DNA of 64,000 nt, from assembly GCF_018977255.1 (NCBI RefSeq), contig NW_024704836.1:62001-126000 (forward strand). Reading direction: 5' to 3'. Made by a program: the position numbers and the translations under genes. Source of the stretch: Callorhinchus milii (taxonomy: Eukaryota). The stretch's first letter is position 1. Each line of letters starts with the position of its first letter. The notes under the pieces are model-generated. The model had not been told where the DNA came from. It searched no databases and saw only the letters and a program-made list of their open reading frames with translations. Positions 10,408-22,619 of this stretch are shown here, in pieces.

Positions 10408-11635
10408 GTAGAATCATAGATTATACAGCGCAGGTGGAGGCCATTCGGCTCATCGTGTCTGTGCCGGTCTTTGAAAAGAGCTTCCAATTCAACCCCACTC
10501 CCCGCCTCTGCAAACCTGCAAACTTGTCCCCCCCAAATTTGCTTCTCCCTTAAAAGTTGTTATCGAATGGGCTTCCACCATCCTCTGTGGCAATCCATTC
10601 CGGAGCCCAACAACTCGCTGTGTAAAAACATGTCTCTTCATTTCCCCTCTGTTTCTTTTAACAACTATTTTAAATTGGTGTCCTCCGGTTACCGACCCAC
10701 CCGCCAGTGCAATAGTTTCTCCTTGTTCACCCCATCAAATACCTTCATAATTTGGAAAACCTCTATTCAGTCTCTTCTTCACCTTCTCTATTCAAATTAG
10801 AATAATCCTCGCTTCTCCGGCTTCTTCTGATATCCGAAGTCCCTCATTCCTTGTATTTTCCTGGTAAATCTCCTTTGCACTCTCTCCGATGCCTTAACAT
10901 GATTTCTAAAGTGTGGTGCCCAGAACTGAACACAGTCTCTGGCTGACCCTAACCAGTGACTTTACAAAGGTTAATCATAACGTCCCTACTTGTATTCTAT
11001 GCCACTATTTTTAAAGCCGAGTTTCCCTTATGTTTTCTATAAAATAGCTTTATCTACCTGTCCTGCCACCTTCAAACATTTACTTATATGAACACTGATG
11101 TCTCTCTATTCCTTCACCTCCTTTAAAATTCTACCATGAGCTTATATTACCATTAATCTTTCTTCCTCCAAAATCCATCACTTGGGATTTATCCACATGA
11201 AACTTCATCTGCCCCGTGTCTGCCCATATTACCAGGCTGCCAATGTCCATTTGCAGTCGGCTACTATCCTCCTCACGGTTTACTGCTATTACTAACTTAG
11301 TATCATCTGCAAACTTGGAAATTATACTCTCTATAGCCAAGTCCTGGTCATTTATACAGATCAGAAACAGCAGTGGTCCCAATACTGAGCCCTGGGGGAC
11401 ACCACTGCACACTTCCCTCCAGTCAGGATAGAACTGTTCACCACCCACCACTCTCTGCTTTCTGTCTCCCAACCAGTTCTGTATCCGCTGCCCCTGTCCC
11501 TTTAATACCGAGGGCTTCTATGTTGATTACTTGTCTCTTATATGGAATTTTATCAAACGCCTTTTGAAAATACATATAAACTACATCAACTGCACTAAGT
11601 TCATCCACACTCTCCGTCACTTCATCAAAATTACA
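10408..11635 (-). mobile_element. CR1 LINE fragment with decayed reverse transcriptase (duplicate ~48360-49587)
   Basis: RT motifs GVPQGSVLGPLLF, KFADDTKL, FQKAFDKIP; 3' UTR ends in an ATTCTA-type CR1 tail. Confidence 0.9.
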
Positions 11636-11912
11636 TACATAAACCTGACACTGGATACACGACTCAATTTACCAGACACACAAAGAAACCAACACCTCCC
11701 CAACATCTCCACCTCCCACTAATGTCCCACTGGGGGGAGGGGGTGGGGGGGAGGCAGAGAGACGCGCTTCCGCTTTGGGGTCATTAATGTTTTTACGCTG
11801 CCGAGTGTGAGAGATAGAGACAGAGCCAATGTGTGAGAGACATTTAGAAAGACAGAGAGGAACCTGAGCTCTGGTGTGAGGTTCCCAATGTTAATCCAAG
11901 TCTCTGCCAACA

Positions 11913-12448
11913 ATGAGTCTGTCCTTTCTCACTGTCTCTCTGATCTCCATCCTCTGGCCCTGTGAGTATCTCTCAACATCTCCCTCATCCCGTAAACTCT
12001 CAAATCCACAGGGATTTCATATCACACCTCACTCTGTCCGCGATGATCGCGCTTTGTGTGTGTGCGTAATCCATTGAACACCCCCCAGGACATTCAGCCC
12101 AGATTCCCTGTCGGCGGATATCATTGTTATATTGTCTTTGCAGGTCTGTCACTGGGAGCTTTGGTGACTCAGTTGCCGCGGACAGTCACAGCCAGAGAGG
12201 GGGAGACAGTGAGTTTTACATGTAACCAGAATGACAGTGCCCTTAATACAATGCTCTGGTACCTCCAACCCCATCAGGGAGGCCTCACATTGATCGGATA
12301 TGCTGTTCTGTCAAACCCAACGTATGAGAAAGGCTTTGAATCTGGTTACAACATTACACAGAGTAATGACAAGAAGAAATCATCCCTGGAGATCTCCAGC
12401 ATAAACCCAACCCAGGAGGGGGTGTATTACTGCGCTGCGAGAGAAGGG
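11913..12448 (+). CDS. V7, intact V segment (leader 11913-11961, V exon 12144-12448, RSS 12449-12487); CNQNDSALNTM / YAVLSNPTYEKGF
   Basis: ORF 12056..12484, leader, RSS. Confidence 0.92.
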
Positions 12449-12487
12449 CACAGCGTGAGAGAGAGACAGATCTCTCGTACATAAACC
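12449..12487 (+). other. Representative 23-bp-spacer recombination signal sequence (one follows every complete V)
   Basis: CACAGCG + TGAGAGAGAGACAGATCTCTCGT (23 nt counted) + ACATAAACC; matches RAG RSS consensus CACAGTG/ACAAAAACC. Confidence 0.95.
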
Positions 12488-12554
12488 TCACACAGGATAC
12501 ACAACGACTCGATTCTATACACACACACACACACACCAGCCCCTCCCCCACCAA

Positions 12555-12583
12555 CACCTGCCCTCAGTCTCTGCAGAAATAAA
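12555..12583 (+). promoter_or_regulatory. Representative E-box CACCTG (12555-12560) and sense-strand AATAAA (12578-12583) downstream of nearly every RSS
   Basis: Motifs read directly; function not shown. Confidence 0.45.
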
Positions 12584-13101
12584 ACCCATCAACACAGACG
12601 ATTGAGGACAGAGAGAAATAGAGGTTCAGGGCCGGAGTAGCCACGGCTCCATGTCGCCCACTCTCCACACTGTTCCCTCTGTGTCTCTGAATCTGGGACC
12701 AATTTAGTGATCTTGTGTTCCTGACCGATACCCCGGGGGAGGCTGTAACTTCACTAAAAGGCTTCCCTTTCCTCTCACCTCAAACCTCCCGCCTCACTTT
12801 CAGGTAACGCATTCCAGATGCATCTGTCTCTATCTCTGAATTTGGAACCAATTTTGGGACCCGCTGTACCCAGTTCATACCCCGGGGGAGGCTGTAGCTA
12901 CACTAAGACACCTCCCCTCCTCCCCAGCTCCACCTCCCATCACTGGGGGGAGGTGAGGCCCACTTCCGATGTGCAGACTTTACTCTGTCAGAGCTTCATT
13001 CCAGAGACATAGAGAGAGGGAGAGACAGAGAGACAGTGACAGAGAGAGGAACCTGAGCTCTGGTGTGAAGTTCCCAATGTTAATCCAAGTCTCTGCCAAC
13101 A

Positions 13102-13658
13102 ATGAGTCTGTCCTTTCTCACTGTCTATCTGATCTCCATCCTCTGGCCCTGTGAGTATCTCTCAACATCTCTCAATTCCCTTCAGGCTCCCAAATACACT
13201 GGGATTTCATATCATCCTCCACTCAACATCACCCCTTCGCCTCTATTGATGGATGTCCGCGATGATCCCGCTTTGTGTGTGTGTGTGTAATCCATTGATC
13301 ACCTCCTTTCAGCCCAGATTCCCTGTCGGAGCGATCTCACTGTTATATTGTCTTTGCAGGTCTGTCACTGGGAGCTTTGGTGACTCAGAGGCCGCGGACA
13401 GTCACAGCCAGAGAGGGGGAGACAGTGAGTTTGAATTGTCACCAGAAGGACACAGCCTATCAAACAATGCTGTGGTACCTCCAACCCCATCAGGGAGGCC
13501 TCACATTGATTGGATACGGTTATGCGTCAAACCCAACGATGGAGGATGCTTACAAACTTGAGTACGAAGTTAAACAGACAGACGATTATAAGAACTGTTC
13601 CCTGGAGATCAAGAAGGCAACCCAGGAGGGGGTGTATTACTGCGCTGCGAGAGAAGGG
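13102..13658 (+). CDS. V8, intact V segment (leader 13102-13150, V exon 13360-13658, RSS 13659-13697); CHQKDTAYQTM / YGYASNPTMEDAYK, extra FR3 Cys
   Basis: ORF 13377..13694, leader, RSS. Confidence 0.92.
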
Positions 13659-14530
13659 CACAGCGTGAGAGAGAGACAGATCTCTCGTACATAAACCTCA
13701 CACAGGATACACAACGACTCGATTCTATACACACACACACCAGCCCCTCCCGCGCCAACACCTGCCCTCAGTCTCTGCAGAAATAAAACCCATCAACACA
13801 GACGATTGAGAGACAGAGAGAAATCGAGGTTCAGGGCCGGAGTAGCCACGGCTCCATGTCGCCCACTCTCCACACTGTTCCCTCTGTGTCTCTGAATCTG
13901 GGACCAATTTAGTGATCTCGTGTTCCTGACCAATACCCCGGGGGAGGCTGTAACTTCACTAAAAGGCTTCCCTTTCCCCACATCTCAAACCTCCCACCAA
14001 TGTCCCACTGGTGGGTGGGGCACGAGACCGATGTAGAATCACAGAATTATACAGCGCAGATGGAGGCCATTCAGCTCATTGTGTCTGTGCCGGTCTTTGA
14101 AAAGAGCTTCCAATTCAACCCCACTCCCCCCCCTCTCACCCCATAACCTGCAAACTTGTCCTCCACAAATAGGTATCTACTTGTCTCATAAAAGCTGTTA
14201 TCGAATGGGTTTCCACCAGCCTTTCAGGCAACGCATTACAGATGCATCTGTGTCCCTATCTCTGAATTTGGAACCAATTTTGGGACCCGCTGTACCCAGT
14301 TCATACCCTGGGGTAGGCTGTAGCTTCACTAAGACACCTCCCCTCCTCCCCAGCTCCACCTCCCATCACTGGGGGGAGGTGAGGTCCACTTCCGATGTGG
14401 TACAGACTTTATTCTGCCAGAGCTTCATTCCAGAGACATAGAGAGAGGGAGAGACAGAGAGACACAGATAGAGAGAGGAACCTGTGCTCTGGTGTGAGGT
14501 TCCCAAAGTTAATCCAAGTCTCTGCCAACA

Positions 14531-15100
14531 ATGAGTCTGTCCTTTCTCACTGTCTCTCTGATCTCCAACCTCTGGCCCTGTGAGTATCTCTCAACATCTC
14601 TCAATTCCCCTCAGGCTCCCAAATACACTGGGATTTCATATCATCCTCCCCTCTCTATGTCTGAGAAGATCCGGCTCTGTGTATGTGTGTGTATGTGTAT
14701 GTGTGAGTGTGTGCGCCCGTATGTGTATGTAATTCCGGGGATCAGACCAGGACATTCCCTGTGGGCAGGATGATGGATGTTATATTGTCTTTGCAGGTCT
14801 GTCACTGGGAGCTTTGGTGACTCAGGAGCCCCGGACAGTCACAGCCAGAGAGGGGGAGACAGTGACTTTGAGATGTTCCCAGCATGACAGTGCCCTTAAT
14901 ACAATGCTCTGGTACGTCCAACCCCATCAGGGAGGCCTCACATTGATCGGATATAACCGAGCCTCAACCACCTATGAGGACAAGTTTAAATCCGGCTACA
15001 ACATTAACCAGAGACACCTGACAGAATGAACTCCACCCTGGAGATCTCCAACATCAACCCAACCCAGGAGGGGGTGTATTACTGCGCTGCGAGAGAAGGG
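14531..15100 (+). pseudogene. V9, frameshifted in FR3 (V exon 14797-15100, RSS 15101-15139); probable error copy of V34
   Basis: acattaaccagagac here versus acattaccaagac in V34. Confidence 0.7.
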
Positions 15101-15702
15101 CACAGCGTGAGAGAGAGACAGATCTCTCGTACATAAACCTCACACAGGATACACAACCACTCGATTCTATACACACACACCAGCCCCTCCCGCGCCAACA
15201 CCTGCCCTCAGTCTCTGCAGAAATAAAATCCATCAACACAGACGATTGAGAGACAGAGAGAAATAAGGTTCAGGGCCGGAGTAGCCACGGCTCCATGTCG
15301 CCCACTCTCCACACTGTTCCCTCTACGTCTCCGAGCCAACGACTAATTTTATGAGCAACTGTTCCCAGGCCATACTTTGGTGGAGGCTGTAGCTTCACTA
15401 AGACAAACCCACTCCCCCACATCTCCTCTCCAACCAATGTCCCACAAGGGGGTGGGTGGGGGGAGAGGCCACTTCCGATTTGGTGCCGACACTTTGGTGT
15501 CATTGGAGCTTTCCTTATCCAGAGCTTCATTCCACAGAGATAGAGTGAGAGAGACAATGTTTAGGATTGAGGTGGCGAGTTATTGGGAAAGTTAACCCAA
15601 AAGTGAGAGTGTGAATGTTAAAGAGTGAGTGTATGTGAGAGAGAGAGAGGAACCTGAGCTCTGGTGTGAGGTTCCCAATGTTAATCCAAGTCTCTGCCAA
15701 CA

Positions 15703-16240
15703 ATGAGTCTGTCCTTTCTCACTGTCTCTCTGATCTCCATCCTCTGGCCCTGTGAGTATCTCTCAACATCTCTCTCATCCCCGTAAACTCTCAAATCCAC
15801 AAGGAATTCATATCACATCCTCTCTCTGTCCGCGATGATCGCGCTTTGTGTGTGTGCGTAATCCATTGAACACCCCCCAGGACATTCAGCCCAGATTCCG
15901 TGTCGGCGGATCTCACTGTTATATTGTCTTTGCAGGTCTGTCACTGGGAGCTTTTGTGACTCAGAGGCCGCGGACAGTCACAGCCAGAGAGGGGGAGACA
16001 GTGACTTTGAGATGTTACCAGAATAACACTAAATATGAAACAATGCTCTGGTACCTCCAACCCGATCAGGGAGGCCTCACATTGATCGGATATGCTGTTC
16101 TGTCAAACCCAACGTATGAGAAAGGCTTTGAATCTGGTTACAACATTACACAGAGTAATGACAAGAAGAAATCATCCCTGGAAATCTCCAGCATGAACCC
16201 AACCCAGGAGGGGGTGTATTACTGCGCTGCGAGAGAAGGG
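15703..16240 (+). CDS. V10, intact V segment (V exon 15936-16240, RSS 16241-16279); CYQNNTKYETM / YAVLSNPTYEKGF
   Basis: ORF 15848..16276, leader at 15703, RSS. Confidence 0.92.
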
Positions 16241-16892
16241 CACAGCGTGAGAGAGAGACAGATCTCTCGTACATAAACCTCACACAGGATACACGACTCG
16301 ATTCTATACACACACACACCAGCCCCTCCCCCGCCAACACTGCCCCAGTCTCTGCAGAAATAAAACCCATCAACACAGACGATTGCGAGACAGAGAGAAA
16401 TCGAGGTTCAGGGCCGGAGTAGCCACGGCTCCATGTCGCCACTCTCCACACTGTTCCCTTCTGTGTCTCTGAATCTGGGACCAATTTTAGTGATCTCGTG
16501 TTCCTGACCAATACCCGGGGGAGGCTGTAACTTCACTAAAAGGCTTCCCTTTCCCCTCATCTCAAACCTCCCACCAATGCCTCACTTTCAGGCAACGCAT
16601 TACAGATGCATCTGTGTCTCTATCTCTGAATTTGGAACCAATTTTGGGACCCGCTGTACCCAGTTCATACCCCGGGGGAGGCTGTAGCTTCACTAAGACA
16701 CCTCCCTCCTCCCCAGCTCCACCTCCCATCACTGGGGGAGGTGAGGCCCACTTCCGATGTGGTGCAGACTTTACTCTGTCTGAGCTTCATTCCAGAGACA
16801 TAGAGAGAGGGAGAGACAGAGAGACAGTGACAGAGAGAGGAACCTGAGCTCTGGTGTGAGGTTCCCAATGTTAATCCAAGTCTCTGCCAACA

Positions 16893-17426
16893 ATGAGTCT
16901 GTCCTTTCTCACTGTCTCTCTGATCTCCATCCTCTGGCCCTGTGAGTATCTCTCAACATCTCTCTCATCCCCGTAAACTCTCAAATCCACAGGGATTTCA
17001 TATCACACCCTCGCTCTATCGGTGATGATCGCTTTGTGTTTGTGCGTAATCCATTGGAACACCCCCCAGGACATTCAGCCCAGATTCCCTGTCGGAGGGA
17101 TCTCATTGTTATATTGTCTTTGCAGGTCTGTCACTGGGAGTTTGGTGACTCAGGGGCCGCGGACAGTCACAGCCACAGAGGGGGAGACAGTGAGTTTTAC
17201 AGTTATCAGAATGACAGTGCCCTTGATACAATGCTCTGGTACATCCAACCCCACCAGGGAGGCCTCACATTGATCGCATATATCTATATGTCCCCAACGT
17301 ATGAGAAAGGCTTTTGAATCCGGCACAACATGAACAAAGACAACTAATGACAAGGAATCCACCCTGGAGATCTCCAGCTTGAACCCAACCCAGGAGGGGG
17401 TGTATTACTGCGCTGCGAGAGAAGGG
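16893..17426 (+). pseudogene. V11, several 1-bp indels (V exon 17126-17426, RSS 17427-17465); probable error copy of V36
   Basis: Collinear with intact V36. Confidence 0.7.
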
Positions 17427-18041
17427 CACAGCGTGAGAGAGAGACAGATCTCTCGTACATAAACCTCACACAGGATACACAACCACTCGATTCTATACAC
17501 ACACACACACACCAGCCCTCTCCCCGCCAACACCTGCCCTCAGTCTCTGCAGAAATAAAACCCATCAACACAGACGATTGAGAGACAGAGAGAAATCGAG
17601 GTTCAGGGCCGGAGTAGCCACGGCTCCATGTCGCCCACTCTCCACACTGTTCCCTCTACGTCTCCGAACCAACGACTAATTTTATGACCAACTGTTCCCA
17701 GGCCATACTTTGGGGGAGGCTGTAGCTTCACTAAGACACCCCCACTCCCCCACATCTCCTCTCCAACCAATGTCCCACAAGGTGGGTGGGGGTGGGTGGG
17801 GGGAGAGGTCACTTCCGATTTGGTGCCGACACTTTGGTGTCATTGGAGACTTTCCTTTTCCAGAGCTTCATTCCACAGAGATAGAGTGAGAGAGACAATG
17901 TTTAGGATTGAGGGGGAGAGTTATTGAGAAAGTTAACCCAAAAGCGAGAGTGTGAATGTTAAAGAGTGAGTGTATGTGAGAGAGAGAGAGAACCTGAGCT
18001 CTGGTGTGAGGTTCCAATGTTAATCCAAGTCTCTGCCAACA

Positions 18042-18567
18042 ATGTCCTTTCTCACTGTCTCTCTGATCTCCATCCCTGGCCCTGTGAGTATCTCTCAACA
18101 TCTCTCTCATCCCGGTAACTCTCAAATCCAACTGGGAATTCATATCACACCCTCTCTCTGTCCGCCGGATGATCGCGCTTTGTGTGTGTGCGTAATCCAT
18201 TGAACACCCCCAGGACATTCAGCACAGATTCCCTGTCGGCGGATCTCATTGTTATATTGTCTTTGCAGGTCTGTCACTGGAGCTTTGGTGACTCAGTGGC
18301 CGCGGACAGTCACAGCCAGAGAGGGGGAGACAGTGACTTTGAATTGTCACCAGGACGACAGCCTCTTACTGTGATGCTCTGGTACATCCAACCCCATCAG
18401 GGAGGCCTCACATTGATCGGATATAACCAATATTCAACCACATATGAGGACAAGTTTAAATCCGGCTACAACATTACAAGACACCGGACAGAATGAACTC
18501 CACCCTGGAGATCTCCAGCGTGAACCCAACCCAGGAGGGGGTGTATTACTGCGCTGCGAGAGAAGGG
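18042..18567 (+). pseudogene. V12, several 1-2 bp deletions (V exon 18269-18567, RSS 18568-18606); probable error copy of V37
   Basis: Collinear with intact V37. Confidence 0.7.
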
Positions 18568-18870
18568 CACAGCGTGAGAGAGAGACAGATCTCTCGTACA
18601 TAAACCTCACACAGGATACACAACCACTCGATCTATACACACACACACACACCAGCCGCTCCCCCGCCAACACCTGCCTCAGTCTCTGCAGAAATAAAAC
18701 CATCAACACAGACGATTGAGAGACAGAGAGAAATCGAGGTTCAGGGCCGGAGTAGCCACGGCTCCATGTCGCCCACTCTCCACACTGTTCACTCTACGTC
18801 TCTGAATCTGGGACCAATTTTGTGATCTCGTGTTCCTGACCAATACCCCGGGGGAGGCTGTAACTTCACT

Positions 18871-19342
18871 CGGTTAGTTCCTGGGATGAGTGGACTGACC
18901 TATGAGGAGAGACTGAATAAACTGGGACTGTATTTTCTGGAGTACAGAAGAATTAGGGGATCTTATTAAAACATATAAGATTATTAAAGGGCTGATAAAG
19001 TAGACACTGAGGGTCTGTTTCCCCGGTGGGAGAATCTATAACCGGGGGTCACAGTCTTAACATTAAGGGTCAGCCTTTTAGAACAGAGTTGAGGAAACAT
19101 TTCTTCACTCAGAGGGCAGTGACTTTATGGAATCCACTCCCCCAGAAGGCTGTAGATGTCAGTCCTTGAACATCTTCAAGGCTGAGACTGAGAGATGTTT
19201 AAAAAATAGAGGGATTAGCGGATATGGGGATAGAGCAGGTAATTAGAGTTAGGTCTGAAGATCAGCTGTGATCTTATCAAATGGCGGTGCAGCTCGAGGG
19301 GCCGAATGGCCGACTCCTGCTCCTAATTCTTATGTTCTTATG
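18871..19342 (+). mobile_element. CR1 3' fragment flanked by TTCACT direct repeats (copies 24615-25085, 56838-57310, 62594-63067)
   Basis: LVPGM..LTYEERLNKLGLYFLEYRRIRGDLIKTYKI C-terminal motif, (TTCTTATG)n tail, TTCACT at 18865-18870 and 19343-19348. Confidence 0.88.
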
Positions 19343-19792
19343 TTCACTCACAGGCTTCCCTTTCCCCACAAAAGAGCTTCCAATTCAACCCCACTCCCCC
19401 GCTCTCTCCCCATAACCTGCAAACTTGTCCTCCCCAAATAGTTATCTACTTCGCCCTTAGAAGCTGTTATCGAATGGGCTTCCACCAGCCTTTCAGGTAA
19501 TGCATTCCAGATGCATCTCTATCTCTGAATTTGGCACCAATTTTGGGACTCGCTGTACCCAGTTCATACCCTGGGGGAGGCTGTAGCTTCACTAAGACAC
19601 GTCCCTCCTCCCCAGCTCCACCTCCCATCACTGGGGGGAGGTGAGGCCCACTTCCGATGTGGTGCTGACTTTACTCTGTCAGAGCTTCATTCCAGAGACA
19701 TAGAGAGAGGGAGAGACAGAGAGACAGTGACAGAGAGAGGAACCTGAGCTCTGGTGTGAGGTTCCCAATGTTAATCCAAGTCTCTGCCAACA

Positions 19793-20321
19793 ATGAGTCT
19801 GTCCTTTCTCACTGTCTCTCTGATCTCCATCCTTTGGCCCTGTGAGTATCTCTCAACATCTCTCTCATCCCCATAAACTCTCAAATCCACAGGGAATTCA
19901 TATCACACCCTCTCTCTGTCCGCGATGATCGCACTTTGTGTGTGTGCGTAATCCATTGAACACCCCCCAGGACATTCAGCCAGATTCCCTGTCGGCGGAT
20001 CTCATTGTTATATTGTCTTTGCAGGTCTGTCACTGGGAGCTTTGGTGACTCAGAGGCCGCGGACAGTCACAGCCAGAGAGGGGGAGACAGTGACTTTGAG
20101 ATGTAGCCACAACGACAAATCCCTTGATACGATGCTTTGGTACATCCAACCCCATCAGGAGGCCTCACATTGATTGGATATAATGAATACTCAACCGTAT
20201 ATGAGGAGTTTAAATCCGGCTACAACATTACCAAAACACCAACAACATGAACTCCACCCTGGAGATCACCAACATCAACCCAACCCAGGAGGGGGTGTAT
20301 TACTGCGCTGCGAGAGAAGGG
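19793..20321 (+). pseudogene. V13, frameshifted (V exon 20025-20321, RSS 20322-20360); probable error copy of V38
   Basis: Collinear with intact V38. Confidence 0.7.
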
Positions 20322-21207
20322 CACAGCGTGAGAGAGAGACAGATCTCTCGTACATAAACCTCACACAGGATACACAACGACTCGATTCTATACACACACA
20401 CACACACCAGCCCCTCCCCGCCAACACCTGCCCTCAGTCTCTGCAGAAATAAAACCCATCAACACAGACGATTAATAGACAGAGAGAAATCGAGGTTCAG
20501 GGCCGGAGTAGCCACGGCTCCATGTCGCCCACTCTCCACACTGTTCCCTCTGTGTCTCTGTCTCTGAATCTGGGACCAATTTTGTGATCTCGTGTTCCTG
20601 CCCAATACCCCGGGGGAGGCTGTAACTTCACTGAAAGTCTTCCCTTTCCCCACAACTCAAACCTCCCACCAATGCCCCACTGTGGGTGGGGCACGAGAGC
20701 CACTTCCAATGTAGAATGATAGAATTATACAGCGCAGATGGAGGCCATTCGCTCATCGTGTCTGTGTCGGTCTTTGAAAAGAGCTTCCAATTCAACCCCA
20801 CTCCCCCACTCTCTCCCCATAACCAGCAAACTTGTCCTCCCCAAATAGGTATCTACTTGTCTCATAAAAGCTGTTATCGAATGGGCTTCCACCAGCCTTT
20901 CAGGCAACGCATTACAGATGCATCTGTGTCCCTATCTCTGAATTTGGAACCAATTTTTGGGACCCGCTGTACCCAGTTCATACCCCGGGGGAGGTTGTAG
21001 CTACACTAAGACACGTCCCCTCCTCCCCAGCTCCACCTCCCATCACTGGGGGGAGGTGTGGCCCACTTCCGATGTGGTGCAGATTTTACTCTGTCAGAGC
21101 TTCATTCCAGAGACATAGAGAGAGGGAGAGACAGAGAGACACAAACAGAGAGAGGAACCTGAGCTCTGGTGTGAGGATCCCAATGTTAATCCAAGTCTCT
21201 GCCAACA

Positions 21208-21736
21208 ATGAGTCTGTCCTTTCTCACTGTCTCTCTGATCTCCATCCTCTGGCACTGTGAGTATCTCTCAACATCTCTCTCATCCCCGTAAACTCTCAAA
21301 TCCACAGGGATTTCATATCACACCTCTCTCTGTACGCGATGATCGCGCATTGTGTGTGTGCGTAATCCATTGAACACCCCCCAGGACATTCAGCCCAGAT
21401 TCCCTGTCGGCGGATCTCATTGTTATATTGTCTTTGCAGGTCTGTCACTGGGAGCTTTGGTGACTCAGTTGCCGCGGACAGTCACAGCCAGAGAGGGGAG
21501 ACAGTGACTTTGAGATGTTACCAGAAGGACAGTGCCCTTAATACAATGCTGTGGTACCTCCAACCCCATCAGGGAGGCCTCACATTGATTGGATACGGTT
21601 ATGCGTCAAACCCAACGATGGAGGATGCTTACAAACTTGACTACGAAGTTAAACAGACAGACGACTATAAGAACTGTTCCCTGGAGATCAAGAAGGCAAC
21701 CCAGGAGGGGTGTATTACTGCGCTGCGAGAGAAGGG
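21208..21736 (+). pseudogene. V14, 1-G deletions in G runs (V exon 21440-21736, RSS 21737-21775); probable error copy of V39
   Basis: Collinear with intact V39. Confidence 0.7.
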
Positions 21737-22619
21737 CACAGCGTGAGAGAGAGACAGATCTCTCGTACATAAACCTCACACAGGATACACAACGACTCGA
21801 TTCTATACACACACACACCAGCCCCTCCCGCGCCAACACCTGCCCTCAGTCTCTGCAGAAAAAATAAAAAACATCAACACGAGAACGATTGAGAGACAGA
21901 GAGAAATCGAGGTTCAGGGCCGGAGTAGCCACGGCTTCCATGTCGCCCACTCTCCACACTGTTCCCTCTGTGCCTCTGTCTCTGAATCTGGGACCAATTT
22001 TGTGATCTCGTGTTCCTGACCATACCCCGGGGGGAGGCTGTAACTTCACTAAAAGGCTTCCCTTTCCCAATCTCAAACCTCCCACCAATGCCCCACTGGT
22101 GGGTGGGGCACGAGACCGATGTAGAATCACAGAATTATACAGCGCAGATGGAGGCCATTCGGCTCATTGTGTCTGTGCCGGTCTTTGAAAAGAGCTTCCA
22201 ATTCAACCCCACTCCCCCGCTCTCTCCCCATAAACCTGCAAACTTGTCCTCCACAAATAGGTATCTACTTGTCTCATAAAAGCTGTTATCGAATGGGCTT
22301 CCACCAGCCTTTCAGGCAACGCATTACAGATGCATCTGTGTCCCTATCTCTGAATTTGGAACCAATTTTGGGACCCGCTGTACCCAGTTCATACCCTGGG
22401 GAGGCTGTAGCTACACTAAGACACCTCCCCTCGTCCCCAGCTCCACCTCCCATCACAGTGGGGAGGGTGAGGTTCCACTTCCGATGTGGTACAGACTTTA
22501 CTCTGCCAGAGCTTCATTCCAGAGACATAGAGAGAGGGAGAGACAGAGAGACACAGATAGAGAGAGGAACCTGTGCTCTGGTGTGAGGTTCCCAAAGTTA
22601 ATCCAAGTCTCTGCCAACA

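Noticed and set aside
13102-13658. NAR-TCR-type tandem V pair (extra Cys)
   Set aside because: Every V has its own leader and the same 23-RSS; there is no leaderless supporting V, no IgNAR-like V and no interspersed D/J.
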